NCBI GenBank assembly: GCA_963702475.1
Contig: CAVPCT010000004.1
Span: forward strand, 384,001 to 448,000
Source of the DNA: an uncultured Thermoleophilia bacterium
GTDB taxonomy: Bacteria; Actinomycetota; Thermoleophilia; UBA2241
DNA length: 64,000 nucleotides
Direction of reading: 5' to 3'
Part shown: positions 1 to 12,474 of the stretch, one piece after another
Numbering within the stretch: position 1 is the stretch's first letter
Layout: every line of letters starts with the position of its first letter
Notes under the pieces: generated by a model
The model's database searches: none
Told to the model about the DNA's origin: nothing
The model's input: the letters and a program-made list of their open reading frames with translations, nothing else
Translations under genes and position numbers: made by a program

Positions 1-821
1 TTCTTGATGGTGTCGTAGATGTCGTCGCGGGTCATGCGGTCTTCGTCCAACTCGATGCCGCCGTCCTTGAGGAAGACGACGCGGTCGGCGATGCTGGCGG
101 CGTTGGCGTCGTGCGTGACCATGATCACCGTCTGGCCGAACTCGTCGACGCTGCGGCGGAGCAGGTCGAGGACCTCGCCGCCGGTGCGGGAGTCGAGGTT
201 GCCGGTGGGCTCGTCGGCGAACAGGACGGCCGGCCGCGTGATGAGCGCGCGGGCCACAGCGACGCGCTGCTGCTGGCCGCCGGAGAGCTCGGCCGGGCGG
301 TGCGTCAGGCGGTCCTGCAGGCCGACGGCCTCGATGACCGTGCGTCGCCAGGTCTCGTCCGCCCTGCGGCGGGCCAGCGAGAGCGGCAGGACGATGTTCT
401 CGTCGGCCGTCAGCGTGGCCAGCAGGTTGAAGCTCTGGAAGATGAAGCCGATCTTGTCGCGGCGGAGCTGCGTGAGCCGCTTCTCCTTGAGGCGCGTGAT
501 CTCGGTCCCGTCGATCCAGACCTGGCCGCCGCTGGGCTGGTCGAGGCCGGCGAGGATGTGCATGAGGGTGCTCTTGCCGGAGCCGGACGGCCCCATGATG
601 GCCGTGAGCCGGCCCCCGGTGATGTCGATGTCGACGCCGCACAGGGCGCGCACGGAGGCGTCGCCCTTGCCGTAGGTGCGTGTGAGGCCGCGCGCCCGGA
701 CGACGGCGCGGCCCGCGGACGGCCGCTCGAAGGGCGATGCGCCGGCGAGCTCGCGCTCGAGCCGGTCGAGTGTCTCGCGCACGGCGGAGCGCTCGCGATC
801 GGTGACGGTGACGGTACCCAT
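1..821 (-). CDS. ABC transporter ATP-binding protein (LolD/MacB-type), 3' end outside window
   Basis: Not in the ORF track; read manually. AGGAGG RBS then ATG at 821; Walker A GPSGSGKST, signature LSGGQQQR, Walker B/D-loop FADEPTGNLD, H-loop VTHD. Confidence 0.93.
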   Translation of the reverse strand, partial: MGTVTVTDRERSAVRETLDRLERELAGASPFERPSAGRAVVRARGLTRTYGKGDASVRALCGVDIDITGGRLTAIMGPSGSGKSTLMHILAGLDQPSGGQVWIDGTEITRLKEKRLTQLRRDKIGFIFQSFNLLATLTADENIVLPLSLARRRADETWRRTVIEAVGLQDRLTHRPAELSGGQQQRVAVARALITRPAVLFADEPTGNLDSRTGGEVLDLLRRSVDEFGQTVIMVTHDANAASIADRVVFLKDGGIELDEDRMTRDDIYDTIK

Positions 822-1145
822 TGTCTCTCCTCCTGTGTGACTCGCTTGGTGAGGAGAGGCTACGGCCCGGTCCGCGAACGCGAATCGCCCGGCGGTGGTG
901 AATGGGCCGGGTCTCCGGGAGGGATATCCGGCCCGTCCCGCGGCCCCGCCGGAGGTGCCTGCGGTACCCCCGGCGGGAGAGCGCGGCGCTGCTGGGGTAC
1001 GGCACAGCGTCGGTCGCCGGACGCCCCCCTGGCGGTCAGTCTCGCCGGTCCGCCCGGGGCGTACCTCGCCCGGGGTAGGGGTGTCGCGAGCCGGGGCGAC
1101 GGCGTGGCGGCGCCGCGCCGGCGGGACGGGCGGGGGGCGCGACGA

Positions 1146-1182
1146 CGCAGGGCCCGGAAGCGAAGCACTCCCGGGCCCTGCG
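1146..1182 (-). terminator. GC-rich stem-loop downstream of FDH gene
   Basis: Inverted repeat CGCAGGGCCCGG(A/G)AG...CT(C/T)CCGGGCCCTGCG about 55 nt after the stop; no strong U-tract. Confidence 0.55.
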
Positions 1183-1238
1183 GACCTCGCGTGTTGCGGC
1201 GGCGAGGCGGCTTCGCCGTCGCCACTGAGGTGGCCGGC

Positions 1239-4200
1239 TTACTTCGCGGCCGCCCCGTGCGCCGCGCCGGCCGCCACCTCGGCGGCCTCGCCCGGCGCGA
1301 GCTTCTCCATCTTGACGGCGCAGACCTTGAACTCCGCCGTCTTGGTGACCGGGTCGCCGGCCGAGTTGGTGAGCTCGTTCACCGGCGACTCCTTGTAGTG
1401 GAACGTCATGAACATGACGCCCGGGGCCACGCGGTCGGTGACCTGGATGTGCGTGGTGATGGAGCCGCGGCGCGAGCTGACGCGGATGACCTCGCCGTCT
1501 TCGAAGCCGTACCGCTCCGCGTCCACCGGGCTCACCATGGCCAGCTCGTGCGGGCGCAGCATCTCGAGGCTCTCGGAGATGCGGGTGGAGATGTTGTAGT
1601 GGAACAGCATGCGTCCCGTCGTGAGCAGCGTCGGGTACTCGTCGTCGACGATCTCCGCCGGCGGCTGGAACGGGATGCCCTGGAGCAGGCCCTTGCCGCG
1701 CGTGAACTTGCCCACGTGCAGGTAGGGCGTACCGGGGTGGTCCGGCGTGGGGCACGGCCACTGCACGCCGCCCTCGTTCTCGATGCGCTCCCAGGTGATG
1801 CCGGCGAACGTCGGGACCAGCCTGCTGACCTCCTGGAAGACCTCCTCCGGCGAGCTGAACGGCATCGGGTAGCCGAGGCGTTCGGCGAGGTCGAGGATGA
1901 TCTCCCAGTCGGGGCGGCACTCGTCCGGCGGCTCCACGGCCTTGCGCACGCGCTGCACGCGGCGCTCGGTGTTGGTGAAGGTGCCGTCCTTCTCGGCGTA
2001 CAGCGCGGCCGGCAAAAAGACGTCGGCGTACTTCGCCGTCTCGGTCATGAAGATGTTCTGCGCGACGAGGAAGTCCAGGCTCTGCATCGCCTTGCGCACG
2101 TGGTTGGCGTCGGCGTCGGTGAGGGCCGGGTCCTCGCCCATGATGAACATGGCCTTGAGCTTGCCCTCCACGGCGGCGTCGAGCATCTCGGGGATGCGCA
2201 GCCCGACCTTGTCCGGCATGGTCGCCCCGTAGGCCTCGCTGAACTTGGCCTTGGCGGCCTCATCGAGCACGCTCGGGTAACCGGGGAAGGAGTTGGGCAG
2301 GGCGCCCATGTCGCAGGAGCCCTGCACGTTGTTCTGGCCGCGCATGGGGTTCACGCCGGCGTTGGGCTTGCCGATGTGCCCCGTGATCATGCCGAGGTTG
2401 GCCAGGTTCATCACGTTGGCCGTGCCCACCGTGTGCTCGGTGATGCCCAGCGTGTAGAAGATACCGGCCTTCTCGGTCGTGGCGTACAGCTCGGCGGCCG
2501 CGACGATCTGCTCGGCCGGGATGCCGGTGATCTCCGAGGCGCGCTCGGCCGGGTAGTCCTTGACCGTCTCCCACAGGTCGTCCCAGCCCTCGCAACGCTC
2601 CTCGATGTACGCCTTATCGTGCCAGTCGTTGGTGATGATGGTGTGCAGCACGCCGTTGATGAACGCGTTGTCCGTACCGGGCCTGATCTGCAGCCACATG
2701 TACGAGTGGTCCGCGAGCTCAGTGCGACGCGGGTCGATGACGATGAGCTTGGCGCCGCGCGCGGCGGCCTGCTTCATCTTGTTGCCGATGATCGGGTGCG
2801 CCTCGGTGGCGTTGGACCCGATGATGAACAGGACGTCGTTACCGACGATCTCCCCGATGGAGTTCGTCATGGCGCCTGAACCGAGCGTGGCGGCCAGACC
2901 GGCCACCGTTGGAGCGTGTCAGGTACGTGCGCAGTGGTCTATGGAGTTCGTGTTGAGACCCGCCCTCGTGAGGCGCTGCAAGAGGTAGTTCTCCTCGTTG
3001 GTGCAGCGCGCCGAGCTCAGGACGCCTATGGCGTCTCCGCCGTCCTCCTCCTTGATGCGCAGCAGGCGCTCGGCGACGTAGTCCAGCGCCTCGTCCCAGG
3101 TGGCCTGCTCCCAGATGCCGTCGCGCTTGACGAGCGGGTGCGTGATGCGCTGGGGGCTGTCGATGAGGTCGGTGTGGAAGCGGCCCTTGACGCACAGTGA
3201 GCCCTGGTTCACCGGGGCGTCGTAGGCGGCCGTGACGCCCACCACCTTGCCGCCGGCCACGTTGAGGTCGAAGTTGCAGCCCACGCCGCAGAAGGGGCAG
3301 GTGGTGCGCACCTTGTGGCGGTCCCACGACTTGGAGCGCGTGAGCTGCCGGTTGGTGAGTGCACCGGTGGGGCACATGTCGACGCACTGGCCGCAGAAGC
3401 GGCAGAACGACGTGTCGAGCTCGTGGTCGAACGACGGCGCGACCTTGGCATCGAAGCCGCGCTGCGTGAAGTTGATGGCCTCGGTGACCTGGACCTCGCG
3501 GCACACGCCGACGCACTTGCCGCAGAGGATGCAGCGCTTGGGGTCGTAGGCGATGAGCGGCTGGGTCTCGTAGGCGTCGTAGTCGCGGGCCTCCGCGCCC
3601 TGGAACGGGTTCTGGAAGACCTCGTAGTCGATCCCGAGGCACTGCAGCTCGCAGTCGCCGTGCGCCTCGCAGGTGCACTGCAGGCACAGCTGGGCGCCAC
3701 GCACGGCTTCGTCCTCGGGGAACCCGAGCTCGATCTGCTCGAAGTTGGTCTTGCGGTCTTCAGGCCAGAGCTTGGGCATGTGCGCCGGCGGGCTCATCTC
3801 GAGGATGCCGGTGTTGATGTCGATGAACACCGGCGGGATCTCGGCGAGCCGGCGGATGCGCGGCTCGATGTCGCCCTTCGCGTCGAGCGCCGCGAGAAAC
3901 GGCGTGCGACGCAGGTCGTGGAGTTGCTGGGAGACGGCCTTCATGTCGTCGCCGCGCAGGTGGGCGTCCATGCTCCAGGCCGCCTTCTTGCCCTGGGCGA
4001 TGGCCTGGATGACGGTCTGCGCGCCGAGCACGCAGTCGCCGCCGGCGAACACCTGCGGGTCGTCGGTCTGCAGCGTCCAGTCGTCGACCTGGACCGTCCG
4101 CCAGCGCGTGTGGGCGATGCCCTGGGCCTCGCCGGCGCCGTCGAGCAGCGGGTACTGGCCGATGGCGCTGATGATCTGGTCGCACTCCACCACGAACTCG

Positions 4201-5504
4201 GAGTCCTCGAGCGGCACTGGGCGCCGGCGGCCGGAGGCGTCGGGCTCACCGAGCTCCATGCGGATCATCTCGATGCCGTGCACCTTGCCGGCGTCGTCGG
4301 TGAGCACGCGGACCGGCGCCACCTGCAGGACCAGGCGCACGCCCTCCTCCTCGGCCTCGTCGACCTCGGTGTGGTGGGCGGGCATCTCCTTGCGGGAGCG
4401 CCGGTAGAGGCAGGTGACCTCTTCGGCGCCGAGGCGCACGGCGGTGCGGCAGGCGTCCATGGCGGTGAAGCCGCCGCCGATGACGGTGACCTTCTTGCCG
4501 GTGGGCACGGCGCCCTCACGCTCGTAGTCGCCGAGGTAGTCGACGGCGGCGACGCTGCCGGGCGCGTCTTCACCCGGGATGTTCATGAGGTTGGAGTTGA
4601 AAGCGCCCAGGGCGAGGAAGACCGTGTCGTACTCGGCCTTGAGATCATCGAGCTGGAAGTCGACGCCGAGGCGCACGCCCGTCTGGATCTCGACGCCCAT
4701 GCGCCAGAGGATGTTGATCTCGTCCTCGAGGATGGCGCGCGGCAGGCGGTAGGACGGGATGCCGTAGCGAAGCATGCCTCCCGGCTTGGGCTGCGCCTCG
4801 AAGATCTTGACGGCGTGTCCCTCGAGCCGGGCGTAGAAGGCGGCGGCGAGGCCGGCGGGCCCGCCGCCCACGATGGCGATCTTCTTGCCGGTCTCGGGCT
4901 TGGGCTCGGCGGGCAGCAGCAGCTCGCCCTTCAGCTCGTCCGGCCGCGTCTGGTCGGCCATGAAGCGGTGCAGCTGGCAGATGGTGATGGGGTCGTCGAC
5001 GAGTTGGCGGCGGCACGGGCCCTCACAGGGCCGCGGGCAGACGCGGCCCAGGATGCCGGGGAACGGCAGGTCTTGGCGCAGCACGCGCATGCCGCCTGCG
5101 TAGTCGCGCTCGGCGATGCGCTCGAGGAAGCCCGGGATCTTGATGTGCGTTGGGCAGCCGTCGCGGCACGGCGGCGTGCAGTACGACATGTGATCGCTGA
5201 AGATCAGCTCCAGGTTGAGCTGGCGGATCGCGCGCAGCTCGGGGGACTGCGTTGTGACCACCATGCCGTTCGCGGCGGGCGTGTCGCACGCGGTCACGGG
5301 GTCTTTGCGGCCTTGTACCTCGACGATGCACAGGCGGCAGGCGGACGCCACGTGCAAGGTGTCGTGGTAGCAGAGGGTGGGGACGGTGACTCCCACCTCC
5401 CTGGCGGCCGCGAGGATGCTGGAGCCCTCGGGGACGGTGACGGGATGCCCGTCCACCGTCAGCGCGACTGTCTGGGTCGCGGCTGAGGCTGCCGACTCGG
5501 TCAC
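1239..5504 (-). CDS. fdhF: Selenocysteine-containing Mo/W-bisPGD formate dehydrogenase fused to 2Fe-2S, GltD/NfnB-like FAD/NAD(P)H and 4Fe-4S domains (~1421 aa)
   Basis: ORFs 2919-5792 and 1239-2906 share a frame and are separated only by TGA (2921-2919) in the context DHCART-U-HAPTVAGL, the FdhF CARxUH active site. GGAG RBS + GTG at 5504. Motifs: CPFCGVGC, RGQNNVQG, GGGPAG and GGGFTAMD Rossmann folds, two CxxCxxCxxxC. Confidence 0.93.
2889..2921 (-). promoter_or_regulatory. UGA Sec codon and bacterial SECIS element
   Basis: mRNA UGA-CACGCUCCAAC-GGUGGCC-GGUCU-GGCCGCC: 7-bp stem starting 11 nt after UGA with a GGU-containing loop, closely paralleling the E. coli fdhF SECIS. Confidence 0.88.
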
Positions 5505-5916
5505 AGCAACTCCATTCGCTCGCTCGGCTACTGCACAATCGGGCCGCGCATACGCGACCCGCGCTCCCACGGGAGGGCCGCCGCACGGCGTGGCGCCGGC
5601 GAAGGCCATGTCCACAGACGGACACTTCCCGGGCCGGTCAGGCGCCCGAGAAGTTACTGTAAGTGTACACCGGCACAAGCGGGCATGAAATGGGGGCGAT
5701 CGGCGGCGGAGCGGCCAATCCTGCGGACCACGGAGCCGCCGGACGCGCGCTGCCATCGACGACAACCTGCAGGCGCTGTTCGACAAGCACACCGGCGCCG
5801 AGGCGTTCGCGCGAGCCGCCGGCGACGGGTGACCGGGGCGTCGGGAGCCGGGCCGCGGTCCGGCGGTCTCCCGGCTGGTCTCTGACCCGGTGGCGCGGCC
5901 GTCGGCCGCGCCGGCC

Positions 5917-6594
5917 TCAGGCCCCTCCGCCCTCGGCGCGCCGTTTGATGCCGCGCAACATGCCGCGTTCCATGACCAGGTGTGCGGGGCTCAGGAGCAG
6001 GCCGCGTGCCAGGCGAGCCGTCGTGGTGTCGGCCCAGGCGGCGCGCGTTCGCGTCAGGAGTCGCGTGCGACCTGGACCGGCAGGTTCCAGAACGAACGAC
6101 CAGGTGATCTCGATCTCGCCCTTGAAGAAGTTGCCCGACTCTTGCGGCGGCTCGCCGGGCGCGCCGCTGCGCAGCACGAAGGCGCGCCCGGGGTGGACCA
6201 TCGCGAACGTCATCTTCATGACGCCGTCCGGGTCGAGCGCGATGCAGTCGACATCCTGCTGTGGGTCCTGCCACTCTGAACGGATCTCGTCGGTGCTGTG
6301 GATGTCGAGGCGGAACACGTTCTCGAGCCAGTCGTAGGTGTAGAAGCCGCCGCGATCCTGGCCGAGCTGTACCAGCCACGGCCAGACGGCGGCGGCCGGC
6401 GCGTCCACGGTGATCGCCCGCGTCGTGACGTACAGCGGATTGGCGACGAGGTCGTCGCCCGGCAGCGGCCGGACGACCTCGTCCCAGGTGGCGCCCCGCG
6501 CCATGAGGCGCGGGCGCGCCTCGGACCAGGCCGCGGCGGCGACGCCGGCGCCCGCCGCCGCGGCGAACAGCGCGGCTCGTGTGCGTGCTCTCAT
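5917..6594 (-). CDS. Conserved protein, SRPBCC-like
   Basis: LPGDDLV...[32 protein letters not shown] motif; start overlaps the stop of the upstream SGNH gene (ATGA). Confidence 0.75.
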   Translation of the reverse strand: MRARTRAALFAAAAGAGVAAAAWSEARPRLMARGATWDEVVRPLPGDDLVANPLYVTTRAITVDAPAAAVWPWLVQLGQDRGGFYTYDWLENVFRLDIHSTDEIRSEWQDPQQDVDCIALDPDGVMKMTFAMVHPGRAFVLRSGAPGEPPQESGNFFKGEIEITWSFVLEPAGPGRTRLLTRTRAAWADTTTARLARGLLLSPAHLVMERGMLRGIKRRAEGGGA

Positions 6595-7244
6595 GCTCCA
6601 GTCTCCTCCCGGCCGGGGTGCGCCGGCCCGTCAGGCTCGCTTGTCCGCGGCGCCGCGCCGTTCTTCGCCTCCGCCGGCGCGATCTCCGCGGCCACCGCCT
6701 CGGCCACCACGGCGGCGCCGTCGTCGGTGAAGTGCACACCATCGACCGTGAACGGGCCGCGACCGGCGGCGGCCGCGGCGGCGAACGCCGGTCGCAGATT
6801 CAAGATGCGCGCGTGCGAATCCGTGCGCGCGCGCCGCTCCATCGCATCCCCCAGCTCGTCGGCGTGAGTCTCCCAGAGAGAGCCTTCCGCCTCCAGCACG
6901 ACGGGTCGCACGCACAGGGTGCGCGGCGCCCGCTCCGCCGCCCAGACGAGCAGCTCGCCGTAGTCGTCGACGGCGCGTTCGACGCGGGCCTGCCAGCTCC
7001 AGGCGCCTTTCGTGGCGACGTCCATCGCGGCGGCAACGGCGTCGTTCGCGCCGATCCACAGGACCACGAGGTCGACCGGCCCGGGGTCCTGATACGGCAG
7101 ACGGCGCAGCAGATCGACCACGCAGTCGCCGGCGCGACCGAGGTTGATCAGCTCGTGACGCGGAAAGCGCTCCACCAGCAGCGGGAAGAAAGCGGCGCCG
7201 GGCCACCCCTCCGTCAGGCTGTCTCCGAGGAACGCGATCTTCAT
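6591..7244 (-). CDS. SGNH/GDSL hydrolase
   Basis: FLGDSLT block I, IGAND block III, DGVHF block V; TAGACT 6 nt before ATG (leaderless). Confidence 0.9.
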   Translation of the reverse strand: MKIAFLGDSLTEGWPGAAFFPLLVERFPRHELINLGRAGDCVVDLLRRLPYQDPGPVDLVVLWIGANDAVAAAMDVATKGAWSWQARVERAVDDYGELLVWAAERAPRTLCVRPVVLEAEGSLWETHADELGDAMERRARTDSHARILNLRPAFAAAAAAGRGPFTVDGVHFTDDGAAVVAEAVAAEIAPAEAKNGAAPRTSEPDGPAHPGREETGA

Positions 7245-7319
7245 GGCCGGAGTCTACGCCGGGCGGCGTGCCTCGGTGTAGGCTGTGTCGCGGCTCGGCG
7301 GCGTACGCGGGATGGTGAG

Positions 7320-7778
7320 GTGAGCGAGCTCTATCGGCATACGCAGATCGGCTGGACGATCATCGTGATCGTGGGCGCGGCTGTGGTGGTCGAGGTGGTC
7401 GTGGCCGCGGTGCTGGCCTCCCAGAACACCGTGGCGCTCGCGCTCTCCGGCGCCGTGGCCGCCGTGCTCGCCGTGTTTCTGGCCATCTTCTCCACCCTCA
7501 CCGTCACCGTGGACGACGCGGCGGTGCGCCTCTCCTTCGGTCTCGACGTTCTGCGCAGGGAGGTCCTGCTGGACGAGGTCGCCGCGGTGCGCAGGGTGCG
7601 CAACTCGTGGGTGGCCGGCTGGGGGGTGAGAGTCATTCCGCACGGGCGGCTCTACAACGTCGGCGGCTTCGACGCCGTGGAGCTGGAGCTCGACAGCGGC
7701 CGGGTGGTGCGCGTGGGCACCGACGAACCGGATGCGCTTCTGGCGGCGGTGCGGCGGGCGCTGAGGGCCGGAGGGTGA
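7320..7778 (+). CDS. Hypothetical membrane protein (2 TM plus possible PH-like domain)
   Basis: GTG start; YRHTQIGW, two hydrophobic helices, GWGVR..LYNVGG..AVEL..VGTDEP. Confidence 0.7.
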   Translation: MSELYRHTQIGWTIIVIVGAAVVVEVVVAAVLASQNTVALALSGAVAAVLAVFLAIFSTLTVTVDDAAVRLSFGLDVLRREVLLDEVAAVRRVRNSWVAGWGVRVIPHGRLYNVGGFDAVELELDSGRVVRVGTDEPDALLAAVRRALRAGG

Positions 7779-8497
7779 CGTCACGGTCGCCGGGCGCCGG
7801 CGGCCGGTCCGCGACCGGCGCTGACCGGCCGCCCGAAGGTGGCGCACGCGCGGCCGAGGACGGCGGGCCGGCGCCGGGACGCGGCCCCGACCCACCGCAC
7901 GCTCCCGGACGGGTGAGCGTGGTGCCTGACCCAGGTCCGCTCGAGGTCGCCCTGACGCGCGCGCTGCTGCACGGCATCATGAGCGGCGCGTACAGGGAGT
8001 GGGTGGCCGACCTGGGGCTGCACGGCGACGAGCGGGTGCTGGATCTGGGCAGCGGCAGCGGCGCGGCCGCACGGCATCTGGTGCGGGCGCTGGGGCCGCG
8101 CGGCGGGCACCTCACCTGCGTCGACATCTCCCCGGGGTGGCAGGCGGCGCTGCGCAAGAGCCTCGCGGGGTACGACGTCACCTACGCGCTCGGCGACATC
8201 CGCGGGCTGGGACTGTCGGGCGCGTCGTTCGACCTGGTGGTGGTGCACTGGATGCTGCACGACGTTCCGGCCGGCGAGCGGGGTGCGATCCTCGCCGAGC
8301 TCGCGCGAGTGCTGCGACCGGGCGGTCGCCTTGCGACCCGCGAGCCCACCCGCCCGGGCGAGGGCATCGCGCCGGCCGAGCTGTGTGATCAACTGCGGGC
8401 CGCCGGCTTGCGGGAGCTGCGCGGCGCCGCGGGTTCGGCGCTCCTGATGGGCCCGTACTACTCGGGCCTGTGGGAGAAGCGCAGCGTACCTGCGTAG
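7775..8497 (+). CDS. Class I SAM-dependent methyltransferase
   Basis: VLDLGSGSG motif I, VDIS, FDLVV, RVLRPGG; start uncertain (GTGA overlap chosen). Confidence 0.85.
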   Translation: MTSRSPGAGGRSATGADRPPEGGARAAEDGGPAPGRGPDPPHAPGRVSVVPDPGPLEVALTRALLHGIMSGAYREWVADLGLHGDERVLDLGSGSGAAARHLVRALGPRGGHLTCVDISPGWQAALRKSLAGYDVTYALGDIRGLGLSGASFDLVVVHWMLHDVPAGERGAILAELARVLRPGGRLATREPTRPGEGIAPAELCDQLRAAGLRELRGAAGSALLMGPYYSGLWEKRSVPA

Positions 8498-8544
8498 CGC
8501 TCCGGCGTGCGCCTGGCCGCCGGACGCGACACCCCCGCGGTCGC

Positions 8545-9567
8545 TCAGCTCACCGGCTGCTGCTGCGTGATGCAGTGGACGTTGCCGTCGGCTTCCGCCA
8601 GCTCCATGGTCGGAAGCTGGACGATGCGGCGGCGCGGGAACAGGCGGGCCAGCACGTCCCGCGCGACCTCGTCGGCCGGGTCGCCGAAGCCCGGCAGCAC
8701 GACCGCCCCGTTGGCCACGTAGAAGTTGACGTAGGACGGCGACAGGAGGCGGCCGCGGAGCTCGCGTCGCGCGGGCGACGGCAGCTCCACCACCTCAAGG
8801 CTCCGCCCGCGCGCGTCGCGCGCCCCGCGGAGCCTGGCCAGGTTCGCGGCGAACGCCGCCGCCTGCGGGTCGTCTGGATCGCCGCCGCCCACGGCGACGA
8901 CGACGCCCGGCGCGACGAAGGCGGCGAGGTTGTCAACGTGTCCGCCGGTATTGTCGTGCTCGAGCGCGGCGGCGAGCCACACCACGCGCTCCACGCCGAG
9001 GTAGTCACGCAGCAGCGCCTCGGCCTCCTCGCGCGACAGTCCCGGGTTGCGCCGTGGGTCGAGGACGACCTCCTCAGTGGTGAGGAGCGTGCCGTCGCCG
9101 TCGGTGTGCACGGCTCCGCCCTCCAGGACGAGGGGCGCGGCGAAGCGCCTCGCCCCCAGAAGGTCCAGGATCCGCCGCGCCATGTTGGCCGTGCGGGCGT
9201 ACCGCTCGTAGATGCCGCCGTACGCGTTGAAGCGCCAGTCCACGCCGGCCAGGCCGCCGCGCCCGTCCACGACGAAGGTGGGCGCGGTGTCTCGCGCCCA
9301 GGAGTCGTCGCTGGGAACGACGACCACGTCGACGTCCGTCCCGGACCCGACTGCGAGCGCCTTGCGCGCCTGCGCCACGTGCTCGGCGTTGGCCGTCATC
9401 GTGACGGGCTCGAAGGCGGCGATGGCGCGCGCGACCCGCGCGTACGCCGCGCGCGCCCGCTCGATGTCGTCCCAGTTCTCGGGGCGGCACGGCCACGTCA
9501 TCCAGCAGCCGGCGTGGGGTGCCCATTCGGCCGGCATGATGAAGCCCGCCTCGCGCGGTGTGGTCAC
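8545..9567 (-). CDS. aguA: Agmatine deiminase (peptidyl-arginine deiminase family)
   Basis: MPAEW..H..CWMTWP, WARD, LEGG, GHVD, SYVNF, C-terminal GNVHCITQQQP with catalytic Cys. Confidence 0.92.
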   Translation of the reverse strand: MTTPREAGFIMPAEWAPHAGCWMTWPCRPENWDDIERARAAYARVARAIAAFEPVTMTANAEHVAQARKALAVGSGTDVDVVVVPSDDSWARDTAPTFVVDGRGGLAGVDWRFNAYGGIYERYARTANMARRILDLLGARRFAAPLVLEGGAVHTDGDGTLLTTEEVVLDPRRNPGLSREEAEALLRDYLGVERVVWLAAALEHDNTGGHVDNLAAFVAPGVVVAVGGGDPDDPQAAAFAANLARLRGARDARGRSLEVVELPSPARRELRGRLLSPSYVNFYVANGAVVLPGFGDPADEVARDVLARLFPRRRIVQLPTMELAEADGNVHCITQQQPVS

Positions 9568-9742
9568 CAGGATCTCCGTGTCGAGCGGCCGCCCGGGCGA
9601 CTGCCGGCGGCCGCTCCCCGAGCATAGCGCAGCACCTCGGTGAGAGGCGGGACCCGGCGGCCGTGTCTCTCCTCGTCCGGCCTCGCCGGCGACCGCTCGG
9701 TCGCCCATCGTCTAGAGTACACAGGACGGCAAGGAGGCGAGC

Positions 9743-10342
9743 ATGCGTGGCGAGACACAGCTTCTCAGCGCCCGGTCGGTCCGCTGGCTCGACGTGGGCG
9801 TCGTGGTGTGGGTGGTCGTGTGGGCACTGCTCGGCGTCTTCGTGTGGCAGGAGATCACTGCACAGACCCGGCTGCCGGCCGACGTGATCAAGATCGGGTC
9901 GGCCGTGGAGGACACGGGGCAGGCCCTCGGCGTGGTGGGCGGGCTGCCGCTGGTCGGCGACAGGATCGGCTCCTTCGCGGACAGGATCGAGACGCTGGGC
10001 GCCGAGGTGGTGGCGAGCGGCGAGACCAGTCGCGAGGGCATCCGTCGTGTCGCCGTCATCGCCGGCATCGCCGTGGGTGTGTTGCCGGCGGCCATGGCGC
10101 TCTTCCTCTACCTCCCCGTGCGCCTGCGCTGGCGGAGGACGGTCGGGTCGGTGGCAGGCGCCCTCGAGACGTCGTCCGGCGACCCCGCGTTCGAGCAGTA
10201 CCTGGCGCGGCGTGCCATCGACTCTCTGCCCTGGGACGAGCTGCGCGCCGTCACCCCGGACCCGTGGGGGTCGGTGGCCGGCGGCGATTTCCGGGCGCTG
10301 GCCGACGCCGAGCTCACGCGTCTCGGCCTGCGGCGCCCGTAG
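9743..10342 (+). CDS. Hypothetical membrane protein
   Basis: AGGAGG RBS, two hydrophobic segments, GC3-biased codons. Confidence 0.75.
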   Translation: MRGETQLLSARSVRWLDVGVVVWVVVWALLGVFVWQEITAQTRLPADVIKIGSAVEDTGQALGVVGGLPLVGDRIGSFADRIETLGAEVVASGETSREGIRRVAVIAGIAVGVLPAAMALFLYLPVRLRWRRTVGSVAGALETSSGDPAFEQYLARRAIDSLPWDELRAVTPDPWGSVAGGDFRALADAELTRLGLRRP

Positions 10343-10486
10343 CCCGCCGGGGAGCGGCGCCGAAAGACCGGGCGCCGCGGGCGTTCGGCGCTCCTCGGCG
10401 CGGCGCACGTCCTGGCCGGCGGTCACCGGTGGTAGAGTGCGCCGTGTGCGGCCCCGTCCTGGGGTCCCGCTCGACTGGGAGGCCCG

Positions 10487-12355
<1,869 letters not shown>

Positions 12356-12474
12356 CCTCCCCGCAACACTGCCGACGCTTACGCCGCCGGCCGGCCCGCC
12401 GGTCGTCTCAGTCACACCCGGGACAGCGGGACCTCGAGGGTTTATCCTACGTTGACAGTGGATATGGTGTCACC

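Noticed and set aside
1239-2906. Stand-alone 555-aa FDH subunit, or a nonsense-mutated pseudogene
   Set aside because: The stop sits exactly at the Sec position and is followed by a SECIS-like hairpin, so it is one gene.
111-5486. Very long plus-strand ORFs (111-2879, 3315-5486) and similar antisense ORFs elsewhere (e.g. 30939-32981, 10499-12130, 40983-42575)
   Set aside because: Antisense shadows of real genes; expected in high-GC3 DNA and lacking any motif.
5752-5832. Coding-like fragment AIDDNLQALFDKHTGAEAFARAAGDG* on plus strand
   Set aside because: No convincing start or RBS and too short to assign; possibly a gene scar.
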